This document shows, piece after piece, positions 1-13,739 of a stretch of 64,000 nt of DNA. The notes beneath the pieces were generated by a model, which worked only from the letters and a program-made list of their open reading frames with translations, did no database searches and was not told the DNA's origin. This DNA is from Octopus sinensis (lineage: Eukaryota): the NCBI RefSeq assembly GCF_006345805.1, contig NC_043002.1:10478001-10542000 (forward strand). The letters are read 5' to 3'. The translations under genes were made by a program, and so were the position numbers. Within the stretch, counting starts at the first letter, position 1, and each line of letters begins with the position of its first letter.

Positions 1-1231
1 CACATGAAATGTATTTGAAAGGTAACAATAAAATGTTTCAGAAGTGTTAGAGAACTGATTTATTTAATCAAAGTATGATCCATGTTCATTTACGATGTTT
101 ACCCAACGTTTCTCTATGTCATATATTCCGTCTTTAAAAAATATTTTCATCTTTTGCTGTGATAAACTGTCCGAATGCTTCAGTTACCTCTTCTTTATTT
201 AAGAATGCTTTATTGCTTATGAAAAGCTCAAAACGCTTGAATAAGTGATGATCAGTAGGAGAGATATCAGGGGAATAGGGAGAATATTACAAAATCTTAT
301 AATTCAGGCTTTGCATGTTTTGGACCGTAGCTTGAGAAGTGTGAGGATGTGCATTGTCGTGAAGAAAAATCGGGCCATCTTTCTTCACTAGTCCGGGTTG
401 TTTCTTTTCCAAATTCTCATGCATACGATGTGGCAATACGATGTGGCTGTTACCGTTTTCCCTTATTGCAAAAATGAATAATGAATAAATTCTTTCGCAG
501 ACCACCATACAATGGCCAATAACTTTCTAGGGTGCAATGGTGGGTTTGAGATGTGTTTTGTTGACTCTCCTGCATCTAATCACCGTCCTGTCCTCCTGCT
601 GTTGTCAAAGAGTATTCATTTCTCATCACAAGTTATGATTTGATTCAAAATTTGTCTTTTTCCAGTCGAGAAAGCAATAAGGAGCACACTTCAGGGCGTC
701 TGCTTTTTTAATCTCGTTCAGTTGACGTGGAACAATCCTACCTGCTTGCTTCACTTTTTCAATTTTTAAAGGTATCCAAAATAAGTTATGCGAGATGTTT
801 GGAGTTCTGATGAAATTTTTCGAACTTTTGTTCTCGGATTTTATTCAACCAAAACATTTAATCCATCAAGCCGCATAACTAATTTTGGCATACCCCTTGG
901 TGTATTTTCAAGTCTATCATTTCCTGAACGAGAGCTTTGGAACCACGTCTGAACAGTTCTGATATCAACAAAACCATTACCAAAGGCCCGCTTGATATTT
1001 CGTAGAGGATCTGCGGCAGAGTGACCAGTTTGTACTCATACGAGAAAATCACTCAACATAGTTTGGTTGTTATCATTTTCATAAGGTCTGCGGATACGAA
1101 TTTTGTATTCCAATATTGTTGGGAAAGAAAAAGAGTCAAGATTAAATGCAAGGCATACATAATCGAGATTTTTAATGACTGAAATAACAAGTAATTAAAA
1201 ATGCGACATTTCCTGTGAAACAGCCTAATAT
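1..1231 (-). mobile_element. Mariner DNA transposon fossil, left TIR cut by the window edge
   Basis: Minus-strand transposase remnants ~64-1082: IFSYEYKL-like N-terminus, FLHDNAHPHTS, YSPDISPTDHHLF, C-terminal RWVNIVNEHGSYFD*, with frameshifts and stops. TIR at ~1203-1231 (revcomp tattaggctgtttcacaggaaatgt) matches cacatgaaatgt at position 1. Confidence 0.88.
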
Positions 1232-1446
1232 ATAACTTACGTTCCCTCATAACAGCTGCCTCTCCCGTTGACTCCCACTCTGGTAAGATACTGCATTCAG
1301 TAGTTTCAATACGAAAATTAGTATACTAATGCAAACGAAGTATTAACACACACACACACACACACACATCTATAGTTATCTATCTATCTCTCTTTCTTTC
1401 TTTCTCTCTCTCTCCCCCTCTCTCTTTCTCTCTTTCTCTCTCTCTC

Positions 1447-1497
<51 letters not shown>

Positions 1498-1638
1498 AAA
1501 ATACAGTGTACATTTAAACACATAAGAGATGACCATAATAGGACATCTGACTCACTATAAAGAGCAGTTAAAACTCCAAGCCACTAACAGTTGCAATTCT
1601 GAAAGGGAATGAAAAATAAAAAAACATTTACCCTATTT

Positions 1639-1677
<39 letters not shown>

Positions 1678-1902
1678 TAATTAGAGATAAAACCACTATT
1701 AGGCAAATCATACAATGAAAAACTTAAGCCAATACATAAGATTAATTAATTTATATTATTTTAAATATATATCAAAATTATTAAAAAAAGATAATGAGTA
1801 TAACACTACGATCGTTTCATGGCTGTCCAATTCGTAATAATTCGAGTTACAGTCAATATATATACAGAGAGAGAGAAGAGAGAGGGAAAGAGAGTGAGAG
1901 AG

Positions 1903-1954
<52 letters not shown>

Positions 1955-2871
1955 GCAATATATGCGGATAAACAGATTAAATATATTAAAAATAACAGCT
2001 TGGGTATGAAATACAAAATATGTGTATATGTAAACTTGCAAAACGATGGAAAGCAAAGAGTGAAGACTTACAGAATATGAATACTTAACTATAAATATAC
2101 AGATATTTATATCAACAGGACCAACTTACACAGAGTACAAACGACACAGAAAAATAAAAGGGGAAGAAGTAAGGTGATATACGTCCAACAGCTGTTTCAG
2201 GTGGCTCGGAGATCCGTCATAATGTCGGTAGATGCAGTATATCGCAATATGCAGGCCGTAATGGAAACCATCAACGTAGGATAAATCGAGCCTCTGTCAT
2301 CAGGGTAGAAAGGGTCTAATGTTTCTGAACATGAGGCAGAGAAGTTCAAAGGTGGAATGATAATTATGACGGAACTGCGATAAATGATAGATCGTAGATT
2401 CCGCATTATTTTCAAAATATAAGCCTAGTAACTCAAGAGCGTTTTGGAAACCTGAGTCCTGGAATGGATCCAGCTTTGGCAGCTCTGCGTCGAACATCCA
2501 TAGCAGTGGTTCCTAAACCTTATTTAAAGGAGTTTTCCCACGAACACCTTTATATATGATTACCCTTATATATATATATGTATATATATACGTTTAAATA
2601 TTTGTTGTGCAAGATTTTTGATGTGAAATCGTGTGTTGAAACAGATATTGTTGTATTTAGGAAGGGTCATTTTGTCAGTTTAGCCAATAAATATATATTT
2701 GGTGTTACTTTGCTTCAGCGTTATTTATTTTTTACATTAATCCTAATGTTATTTCAGCCAGAGTTCTTTCGTTACACTCCTGTGACCGCATCAAAATGGC
2801 TGACGGTTAGTAAGGAGAGACACACAAATAAGAAAGAAGAAACTAAACTGGCAAAATGACCATTCCTAAAT

Positions 2872-2977
<106 letters not shown>

Positions 2978-3016
2978 ATCTATCAATCTATTTCTCTCTC
3001 TCTCTCTCTCTATATC

Positions 3017-3075
<59 letters not shown>

Positions 3076-3139
3076 CGTTGGCTATTTCTTTTCCTCTGTC
3101 TTCTTTTTTGCTGAAATTTCCTGTCTCTTGTTCCTTAAG

Positions 3140-4038
3140 AAGAGCTTTGCTTGAAACAATTAAAGACCGTCGTTGAAAAATAACCATGTAAAACCACTCG
3201 AAAACTGGCAAAGGAACTTCAACTTAGTCAGAAAACTGTCTGCATCCCTTTGCATGCGATCGCAAAATCGAAAAAGCTCGACAACTGGGTACCACACGAT
3301 TCGAATGAAAATCAGAAAATGCGCAGATATGAAATTTGCTCGTCGCTTTTTCTCCGTAACCAGACCGATCCGTTTCTCGACCGTATTGTAACTTCCGATG
3401 AAACGTGGATTCTGTATAATGATAAAAAAAAAAACCTTCCTCCCAGTGGTCGGGAAGCAAAATGAAGTACCGAAAATCTTCTCTACATCCAATTTCTTCA
3501 AAAAAGAAGGTTATGGTAGCTGTTTGATGGTGTACTGCTGGACTCATCCACTATAACTTCTTAAAACAAAAAAACATCAGTGCAGAAACATGAAATTGCC
3601 AACATGAACGAGAAGCTGCAACTGTTCTGTCGCAGACCGGTCAACAGAAGAGGACCAATCATTGTTCATGAAAATACTCGACGTTTCGCTAATGACGCTC
3701 CAGAGTTGAGGGAACTTGACGCTGAGGTTTTTATCCCCACCTAGCTTATTCCCCAGACCTTTTTCCTACCGACTACCACTTTTTTGAGCACCTTGATGGT
3801 TTCCTGTGAGAGAAGGAGTTCAAAATTCAAACCGATGATGAAAGTGCGTTCAAAGAGTTCATCAGCGCCAGAACTCCAGATTTTTATGTTACCGGAATAA
3901 ATAAACTTATAACTCGTTGTCGAAAATGTGTTGATTGTAATGGTACCTACTTTGATGAATAAAATTTCCGCATTGTTGGAATATACTGTGAAGAATTTCA
4001 TGTTTCAAAACGTTGCTTACTTTTTACTCAGCCTGATA
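3140..4038 (+). mobile_element. 5'-truncated mariner transposase fossil, copy 1
   Basis: KKLDNWVPHD, FLDRIVTSDETWILYND, VHEN-like DNA motif, C-terminal ...GTYFDE*, TIR ending ttactcagcctgata; disrupted frames. Confidence 0.9.
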
Positions 4039-4167
4039 TATGTGTGTGTATGTGAATATGTATATTTGTGTGTATGTATGTGTGTATGTATATATACATA
4101 TGTATATGTTGCGTGTATGTGTATGTTTATCTGTGTGTATGCATATGAGTGTGCGTATATACACATC

Positions 4168-4231
<64 letters not shown>

Positions 4232-4235
4232 TGTG

Positions 4236-4271
<36 letters not shown>

Positions 4272-4284
4272 ATCTATCAATCTA

Positions 4285-4359
<75 letters not shown>

Positions 4360-4423
4360 CGTTGGCTATTTCTTTTCCTCTGTCTTCTTTTTTGCTGAAA
4401 TTTCCTGTCTCTTGTTCCTTAAG

Positions 4424-5317
4424 AAGAGCTTTGCTTGAAACAATTAAAGACCGTCGTTGAAAAATAACCATGTAAAACCACTCGAAAACTGGCAAAGGAA
4501 CTTCAACTTAGTCAGAAAACTGTCTGCATCCCTTTGCATGCGATCGCAAAATCGAAAAAGCTCGACAACTGGGTACCACACGATTCGAATGAAAATCAGA
4601 AAATGCGCAGATATGAAATTTGCTCGTCGCTTTTTCTCCGTAACCAGACCGATCCGTTTCTCGACCGTATTGTAACTTCCGATGAAACGTGGATTCTGTA
4701 TAATGATAAAAAAAAAACCTTCCTCCCAGTGGTCGGGAAGCAAAATGAAGTACCGAAAATCTTCTCTACATCCAATTTCTTCAAAAAAGAAGGTTATGGT
4801 AGCTGTTTGATGGTGTACTGCTGGACTCATCCACTATAACTTCTTAAAACAAAAAAACATCAGTGCAGAAACATGAAATTGAACATGAACGAGAAGCTGG
4901 CAACTGTTCTGTCGCAGACCGGTCAACAGAAGAGGACCAATCATTGTTCATGAAAATACTCGACGTTTCGCTAATGACGCTCCAGAGTTGAGGGAACTTG
5001 ACGCTGAGGTTTTTATCCCCACCTAGCTTATTCCCCAGACCTTTTTCCTACCGACTACCACTTTTTGAGCACCTTGATGGTTTCCTGTGAGAGAAGGAGT
5101 TCAAAATTCAAACCGATGATGAAAGTGCGTTCAAAGAGTTCATCAGCGCCAGAACTCCAGATTTTTATGTTACCGGAATAAATAAACTTATAACTCGTTG
5201 TCGAAAATGTGTTGATTGTAATGGTACCTACTTTGATGAATAAAATTCGCATTGTTGGAATATACTGTGAAGAATTTCATGTTTCAAAACGTTGCTTACT
5301 TTTTACTCAGCCTGATA
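4424..5317 (+). mobile_element. 5'-truncated mariner transposase fossil, copy 2 (tandem duplicate)
   Basis: Near-identical to 3140-4038 at an offset of ~1280 bp; ORF 4534..4839 carries WVPHD and IVTSDETW. Confidence 0.9.
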
Positions 5318-5444
5318 TATGTGTGTGTATGTGAATATGTATATTTGTGTGTATGTATGTGTGTATGTATATATACATATGTATATGTTGCGTGTATGTG
5401 TATGTTTATCTGTGTGTATGCATATGAGTGTGCGTATATACACA

Positions 5445-5486
<42 letters not shown>

Positions 5487-5489
5487 TGT

Positions 5490-5657
5490 TATGTGTTTAT
5501 GTGTGTATGTATGTGTGTATATTCGTATACGTGTATGTGCATGGATATATGTGCATGCCTGCGCGCGTGGGTATGTGTGGATAGATGAATCTGTATGCAC
5601 GGAGATGTATATATGTACATGTGTGTATATTCATGTATGTATGGGTGAATAATTGCT

Positions 5658-5688
<31 letters not shown>

Positions 5689-5875
5689 ATATATATATAT
5701 ATATATAGATGTGTATGTGTGTATGTATGTGTGTATATTCGTATACGTGTATGTGCATGGATATATGTGCATGCCTGCGCGCGTGGGAGTATGTGTGGAT
5801 AGATGAATCTGTATGCACGGAGATGTATATATATGTACATGTGTGTATATTCATGTATGTATGGGTGAATAATTG

Positions 5876-5885
<10 letters not shown>
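5490..5885. repeat. ~217-bp tandem duplication of a low-complexity unit
   Basis: attcgtatacgtgtatgtgcatggatatatgtgcatgcctgcgcgcgtgg...atgggtgaataattgcttat occurs at ~5520-5660 and ~5737-5880. Confidence 0.85.
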
Positions 5886-5928
<43 letters not shown>

Positions 5929-6032
5929 CAATATATATATATTATGTTTATATATGTATATATATATGTACATATATATGTAAGTATGTATAAGTGTATA
6001 TTTGTTTATATATATATTTACATATTCATATG

Positions 6033-6710
6033 CAATATATGGAAGTGAGGCATGGGTTTACCGTAGGCAGGTAAAGCAATTGGAACGATTTCATCAAAAC
6101 TGGCTGAGAAAAATGTTGTGTATAAACTGGGAAAAGGCCATTATTAATGCGGAGGTGCTTGAGAGGAGTGGCAGTAGAAGTCTAGAGTCAATGATTTTGC
6201 AAAGACGTTTAAAAGTGTAGGGACATTTGGTAAGGATGACTAATGAGTGACTGCCCAAGCAGCTATTGTATGGTAAGCGGGAAGATGGGAGGAGACCAGT
6301 GCAAAGGCCTAAATTAAGGTTTAAGGATTGCCTTAAAATGCGCTAATACAGACACGAATTGTAGCTGGTAATTGGGAGAAGGAGGCACAAGACCGTGATG
6401 GATGGAGGGAGGGAGGAAGATAGTGCATGATGGTTGTTCAAGGATTGAGAGGGAGAGAGTGAAGTAGGAGAGAATTAGGAGGGGGCTTAGAAGGGAAACC
6501 TGTGGAAAGTGAGAGAGTGTTACTTTTTATGTTTTTGGTTTGTAGGCGGAGGATTTTGAGTCGTGCAGGCCTGGTGAGTCATCAAAATTCTCATAGAAAT
6601 CGACCCATGATAAACAATGATGTGGCTATTAAAATTCATAGCAGAGCGTGTGTAAAATGTGGAAGAGTGTGCCTCTTAGTTGGAGGTCTATAAAAAGCGT
6701 ACATATGGTG
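6033..6710 (+). mobile_element. RTE-clade LINE 3' fragment
   Basis: [64 protein letters not shown], then C2H2-like (C..CRR.ILSRAGLVSHQNSH) residues typical of RTE ORF C-termini; internal stops. Confidence 0.85.
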
Positions 6711-6900
6711 GCACCTGTTTCCCCTGCCACCCTTACGGCAGGGATACAACATTTCACCTCTCTCACATTTCCCTGCCTTCTCTTCTCACTCACTTTCCCT
6801 CCTCTTTTCACTTCACTGTGTCCCTGTCATTTTTTCTCGTCCCTCCTTAATTCTTCTATCCCTTTGCCTCTATCTCCTGTGGATTGCTCAGTCACTTGTA

Positions 6901-6975
6901 CGTTTATTTCCTGAGCAGGCTGTTCCGTTGATCGTATGAGCTGGGATCTTCGTCGTCGTAACCGACGGAGTGACC
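6901..6975 (+). mobile_element. 3' tail fragment of SINE family A (tail type a)
   Basis: gagcaggctgttccgttgatc...cgtcgtcgtaaccgacggagtg is the reverse complement of the tail at 44861-44930. Confidence 0.75.
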
Positions 6976-6987
6976 CTATATATATAT

Positions 6988-7050
<63 letters not shown>

Positions 7051-7227
7051 GTATACGCTAGCAGGCAACAAGTATATACTAGTCTATGCACACAGATTTA
7101 TATATTTGAATGATGGACCATATGAGCATCAGAGAATGTACTTTTGTAAATGTATTTGAAGATACAGTTGTGAGAGAGTGCGGGAATCTTTATAGATCTA
7201 TCGAAATTACCACTTCACTTTAATCTC

Positions 7228-7447
7228 AATATGAAATTAACAACTGGTTATTTATCTGATCTGACTGTTTCCCCGGGCTTCAATCGTTTTTATCTCTCTC
7301 AGATCTCTTTCGCTTAACGCATAAAGTTACGCATAAATTTCAATATTTGTCTCAATACGAAGGTAATAACTGGTTATTTATCTGATCGCACTGCTTCCCT
7401 AGACCTCTTTCGTTTTTATTTCTCTCAGATCTCTTTCGCTTAACGCT
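7228..7447. repeat. Diverged ~126-bp-period direct repeat
   Basis: aactggttatttatctgatc...tctctcagatctctttcgcttaacgc at ~7242-7320 and ~7368-7446. Confidence 0.75.
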
Positions 7448-7811
7448 TAAATTTTTACATCACTGCATCGCTAAAATATCCGACCCATCTATTCAAACTT
7501 ACTTCAAAATATGAAATGCTGAACATTCATAATCTTTGCAAGTTTCTTGTAAATCTAAAACTATTTAATGTAGTTTTTTTCTCGCCTTTTTCTTTTGCCT
7601 CTTTTACTTCTTTCATTCATTGGATTGTGGCCATGCTGGAGCGCCACTATGAAGGGTTTTATCGATCAAATGGAGCCCAGTACTTATTTTTTCTAATCCT
7701 GGTACTTATATTATCGATCTTTTGCTAAACTACTAAGGGACGAGATCGTACGTAGGCCAACACTAACTGTCAAGCGGTAGTCGGGGATAAGCACAAGGGA
7801 CGCCCACATAG

Positions 7812-8034
7812 ACACGCGTGTATTCTTAAAAGTTCCTGGCTTTAATGTCGTCGCAAATGGCCTTGGTGGAGGCCCAACGTTCCGAGTACTTTTACAGGGC
7901 TTAGAAAACTGAACGACCGCTGCTATAAGTGTGTGAAACTGAGAGGGGAATATTTTGGATAAAATCATAATTAACGGATCCTCCTGTATTTTATTTTACT
8001 CAAAGCCAGGAAATTTTCAGCATCCCCTCGTATA
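7812..8034 (+). mobile_element. Short non-autonomous mariner derivative
   Basis: Imperfect TIRs (aaaagttcctggcttt / aaagccaggaaattttcagcatcccctcgta) enclosing a transposase C-terminal remnant (GLEKLNDRCYKCVKLRGEYFG*-like). Confidence 0.7.
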
Positions 8035-8106
8035 TATACATGCTATACACATACACGCACAAACAAGCGCCCACACGAACACACACATATACACGCATCT
8101 ATCTAT

Positions 8107-8186
<80 letters not shown>

Positions 8187-8200
8187 ATACATATATACAA

Positions 8201-8332
8201 GAGAAGAAAATGGATATAATAACAATGGGAAACTCATGGTTTACACTGGCATGTCTTTAATTAAAGACATGCCTAAATTAAAGCCAGCGTAAACCATGAG
8301 TCTCCCATTGTTATTATATCCATTTTCTTCTC
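8201..8332. repeat. 50-bp inverted repeat with a central 26-bp perfect palindrome
   Basis: Arms 8201-8250 and 8283-8332 with 2 mismatches; ggcatgtctttaattaaagacatgcc at 8248-8273. Confidence 0.92.
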
Positions 8333-8519
8333 CTATATAACCTAAACTCCGGTTCACCAACAGAACCACTTGCTACCGTACAATCTTTCAGAAAACTGTA
8401 CCTACCTAGCTAATAGCCAGGAGTGACTCTGGATTTAATTATCCCTTAGAGGTATTAAAGTCCTCTAACTTGATACCTAGATATATATAAAATTGAGGTT
8501 TATATATATATATGTATAT

Positions 8520-8553
<34 letters not shown>

Positions 8554-9924
8554 GATATTATATAATATATATATATAATATATATATATATATATACATA
8601 TAATACCTATATATATACAACCAATACTATTGATATGAGACAAAACCATTGTGAGTCATCCGTCGATATCGACTATTTGTTTTGCCTATCTCATCATCAT
8701 ATTTGATTCAGGCGTAACTAGTCGCACGCAGATTCCTTTCTCTTTGAGTGTTTCAGTCCCTTAACCTTTATATCTCAGCAAAGCCTTTATATTTCAAAAG
8801 TGCTTGAACCTCTGCAAGACAAGCTATCTGGGATTGATGTTACGCTACATACTCCACGATTTTTTCCGTTATGAATCTTTCCTTTATCGGTAAGCACTGG
8901 TCTTGAGCCAGTCTAAAACTAATTCCTGGCTTTAATTTGCATGCAGCAGAATTCTCACTCTTTCAAGAAATTATAATACATTCTTCCAGTTTTCGCCTTT
9001 CTTCTTAACACCTTATATTATTAATCAAATCAGGGCACTTCTCCATTGACGCAAATTCATCACCAAAAACAAATTATTCTATCATTAATCAAATATCTTT
9101 AGACTTGGTTCAATCTCTCTTATTACCAATCACCCTTTATTAACATTTAAAGTACATTCTATTCCTTTCTGACATAATTTCTCAAGGCCTATCTTTGATC
9201 TATACCTGTTGTGCATTTCGCATGAGCTTCTCTAGACTTTTACAATTACTATTAAAGTAAACACATTATTGTATCTAATGTACATTATTGTCTCTACTCT
9301 GCTATTTCATAACCTCAATTTTTGTATTGGTCATATACGACGTGTCTTCAGCCATTACCAAAAAAATAAAAATCAAAGAAAAGAAAAGCTGATTCTGTAT
9401 TTGCCCCCCTTTCTAGCATAAATAAGTTTAACATCAAGAAAACGTCATCGTAGGTGCAAGAGAGGCTCTGTGGTAAGAAGTCTGCTTCCTAACCAATGGT
9501 TCCAGATCCAGCCATACACGTGACAAATGTCGTCTGGGCAAATGTCGTCTGGGTAAATGTCGTCTGGGCAAATGTCGTCTGCTATAGCCTCTGGCCGACC
9601 AAACCTTTGCGTGTGAAAATAGAAGGCATAGACTGAATGAAGTCTAACGTATGTATATCTCCTCTTAATTTCAGCTCCCTTCACGACAATGTAACCTTCA
9701 TTTGACTAAGGTATCTTCGGCCTGATGAGCTTCTAGTGGAGTACTCCTCTTTGAGAAATTACTACTTCTGTGGTTCTGTTAGCAACGAAACATATGTAAC
9801 TTGGTTTTCATGTGCGCCATTCCCTAAATTTGGATTTTTATTCTCACACATAGCAACCCCAGTTGCTAACCGTGAGTTGTAAAATAACTTTTTTCAGCTT
9901 ATCAAACTCCGATATTTTTTTCGT

Positions 9925-10180
9925 TTATTTATTTCAGCCATTTGATTGCCGTCATGCTGGAGCACTGCTTTAAGTCGAACAAATCCACCCCAGGACTTAT
10001 TTTTTTGGAAGCCTAGTATTTATTCTATCGATAACTTTTGCCGAACCGCTGGGTTTCGGGGACATAAACACACCAACATGAAGTGATACTGGGAGTACAA
10101 ACACAGACACACAATCACGTACAAATACATACATACACACACTCACACGCACGCACACACCACGCACACACACACACACA

Positions 10181-10219
<39 letters not shown>

Positions 10220-10229
10220 ACACCACACC

Positions 10230-10273
<44 letters not shown>

Positions 10274-10415
10274 CGATGGGCTTCTTTCAGTTTCCGTCTA
10301 CCAAGTCCACAAACAAGGTTTAGCAGAAGACACTTGCCGAAGGTGCCACGCAGTGGGACTGAACCGGAACCATGTGGTTGGTACGCAAACTACTTATCAG
10401 ACAGCCACTCCTGCG
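9925..10415 (-). mobile_element. SINE family B (tRNA-like head, internal TA/CA microsatellite, (gtaaaaga)n tail)
   Basis: Reverse complement of the copy at 32381-32822, with an internal deletion. Confidence 0.85.
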
Positions 10416-10579
10416 TTTGGGAAAATTGACAATCTTCTACTCCAATAAAACACTCTCTGTTCCTAAAAGTTCTTATATCTTCTACAGACTGCTCGAAGTG
10501 TTTACTCACATTCTACACCTGGAACCTTAGATCTTATTTTTGCATATATCATTATATATATATATATATATATATATAT

Positions 10580-10614
<35 letters not shown>

Positions 10615-11204
10615 ATAAGAACTGAGTTCTATTCGTTCAACAAAAATTCTTCAAGACAGCGTCCCAGCATGGCCGCAGTTTAATGACTGAAACAGGTAAA
10701 AGTTAAAAGATTGAGGTGAATATTTTTAGCTCAGTTATATTGCAGTGTCAGCATCCCTGTTTTCTTTAATATATGATATTCTCATGAATCTATGGTCAAG
10801 ATGTGTTTTATATATTTTCTAATGTAACTATTAATTGCGTAAGTAATACGAGAACAGTTTCATGAGATTTAAGAAGTTTGAAGTGTGGAAGAAACTTATG
10901 CTTTGGAGTTATATGGCTTTTAGTGACGACCGGTGAAAATGAGAAAGGAGAGCGAATAATTTATCTGGTAAAAACTAGAAGTAAATGAGAATTTAATATG
11001 TCGGAGATTTAGATTGTGAAGGATAAGGACCGAAAATGTTTGACGTAGTAACAAGAGTAGACAAAGTAATAGAGCTAGCTCTCAACTAATGGATTATCTT
11101 ATAAAGTCATTCACTTCTTTGCAATGGTATTTGAATGAACACGAAAGATATTCTTATCGAAACATATTTTTATCGAAATGTTTTATGGCTTTCTGTAATT
11201 TTAT

Positions 11205-12421
11205 CTTGGCTGTACAACTTAAGTTCGTGGGTTTTGAAATTTGAATAGGATTACCTCTCTTCGGCCATATGGCGATGTAATGCCAAGTTGAGAAAATGAT
11301 TTTTTTTCGACATCTTCTACTCTTCATTTTCAGTCAAATTTCCAGACCTGCCAAAGTTGCTTGTGACATTTGTGTAGTGTACAGAGAAGGCAATATTACA
11401 AGGAAAAAAATAAAAATAAATGGAAAATAACTGTACAGCAATGCTTTTTTACTTTTCAAGGGGGCAAATTCGACCTCACAGATTCTTTGCGTTCTGGCCG
11501 ACCTGTTCAGTTCTATGAATACCTATTGAAGAATCTCATTCATGTAGATCCACACCAGTCAGCTTGGGAATTGCCCCAACAGATGGGATGCTCTCACGAT
11601 ACAGATGTCAGTTACATTTGATTGATGGGTAAGATCCAGATAATTAGTGCATGGGTGTCACACGCTCTGAACGAAAGGGACAAGCTTCAGAGCTCCCCTA
11701 TCGATGCCAGTTTGCTCGCAAGACCCAGAGCTACTCGTGGATATAGATAGGGATTTTTGTACCGCATTGTCAGGAAGATGAAAAATCTGACTTTACATGA
11801 ATGTGAAGCAAAAGAATCAGTCCTGTTAAGCAAGCAATCTCTCGAACCAAGTCAGGGCTGCATCTACTCAATACAATGACTTGTATTTGATGGGATTGGG
11901 CAGGGCTAATCCATTACGAAATACGAGCAAACAATCACACAGTATATACAGAACTTTACGTTCGATAATTACATCGGCTCAACGAAACTTACAGCTGAAA
12001 CAACCCGGAGGCAACGCAGCATGCTTCTTCAACATGATAATACTCGCCCTTACGTCGCCGATTTACCAAAAAATTACAATTCAAGAAGTCGGTTGGTAGG
12101 AGCTACGAAACAACTATATACTCCTGAAAAAGAGCATTCAGATTATAATCTCTTTGGGGCACACTACAGTAGTCTGCGAGGCGTTTCATTCAACAACGAT
12201 GAGGAGCTGAAAACGTGGTTCGATAAATTCTTCGCGTCAAGACTCAATGATTTCTACCGCCAAAGTATTAAAAAGATAATCCAGCGTTGGCAAGAAGTTG
12301 TCAACAATTAAGGAGAACATATTATTAACTGACATATTTATTATCTCTTAAAATCGTTGATGGAAAATAAAGATTAAAATAAATGAAAAACAAGTAACAG
12401 CGAATTTATCTGGCAATCTAC
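11205..12421 (+). mobile_element. Full-span degenerate mariner
   Basis: FDLTDSLRSGRP, WVSHAL, LLQHDNTRPY, SDYNLF, FNNDEELKTW...RWQEVVNN*GE; decayed TIRs at both ends. Confidence 0.87.
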
Positions 12422-12497
12422 TACAACAACCGATCAAGTAGATTGCCAGTAGACTGCTGTTGCTGTTTGTCAATCAAATGAATAATTGGATGGGGAA

Positions 12498-12876
12498 GCA
12501 CTACGTCGGTTACGATGATGAGGGTTCCGGTTGATCCGAATCAACGGAACAACCTGCTCGTGAAATTAACGTGTAAGTGGCTGAGCACTCCAGAGACATG
12601 CGTACCCTTAACGTAGTTCTCGGGGATATTCAGCGTGACACAGCGAGTGACAAGACCGTCCCTTTGAAATACAGATACAACAGAAACAGGAAGTAAGAGT
12701 GAGAGAAAGTTGTAGTGAAAGAGTACAGCAGGGATCACCATCATCCCCTGCCGGACCCTCGTGGAGCTTTTAGGTGTTTTCGCTCAATAAACACTCACAA
12801 CGCCCGGTCTGGGAATCGAAACCGCGATCCTATGACCGCGAGTCCGCTGCCCTAACCACTGGGCCATTGCGCCTCC
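12498..12876 (-). mobile_element. SINE family A, tail type a
   Basis: Minus head ggaggcgcaatggcccagtggttagggcagcggactcgcggtcatagg...ggtttcgattcc has A and B boxes; same structure as 44861-45253. Resembles described octopus tRNA-derived SINEs (from recall). Confidence 0.88.
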
Positions 12877-13739
12877 CAACTGAATAATTATCTCTTCTAA
12901 TACAAACTACTTAACCAGTTGTAGTCACTGCAGCCATGAACGTGTTTCCACCGTCTTAAACGTCCTTAGTTCCTCTCTTCTAATCACGCTCATAGCTACT
13001 AATTTTATCATTCAACCACTATGTACGTCTACCTTGTACCATGTCCCGCCAAATATATAAGTCCTACGACCATAGTTGTTCGTTTTTCTATCTGTAACAT
13101 CTCGACCGAATTCAACACCAGCTACATATATAAATTTATGTATCCCTTGCCCCGACAATACCATACAATAGTTTTGCCCTTGTGCTCACCAATTCTGTTC
13201 CGTTACCCACAAAATTCCTCTCATCAATTAATGTAATTTCTCTGTTGGCCACTGCAGAGTGTCAGAATCTAGTAGCCCCAGACTTTTTTCCGCTCCGTTG
13301 AACTCTTTCTTACGTTTTCCTGGGAATTTTCGTATCGCGTTTGGGGACAAGCCATCGGCATTGGGGTTGGACCCAGTTATGATGGCTTCATTTTTTTCCT
13401 ACCTTGTCCCCTAAACTTTCATATTGCAAATGTAATTTTTATGCTCCACTTCAGCAGCTATGTCACCTTCTCTTTTATTATCACTTTCCACCTGGCAATA
13501 CAGTTAATTTCCAGCATACTAGAAACCTCTATCAATCACCCTCAATTTTATGATTCTCTCGGAAACTTCACCTCTGTTTTTTACGAAGCAATTGATTCCT
13601 GTTTTTCTGTTGATATTTTCTACCTCCTCTCCAATTCAAAGCAAATCCACCATTCCTATGTCCCAGTTCCTCTATCTACGTCTGATACACTGACTTGAAA
13701 ACGAAGTACCTCCAAATTAGCTTCTTTTCGTTCGTGATA

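Noticed and set aside
8650-9250. Possible LINE endonuclease relic (IACLAEV on minus); similar hints at 13441-13698 and 62500-62900
   Set aside because: Motifs are too short and degraded to call.
9523-9582. 15-bp repeat giving a DDICP x4 peptide
   Set aside because: Local slippage within a decayed family B SINE.
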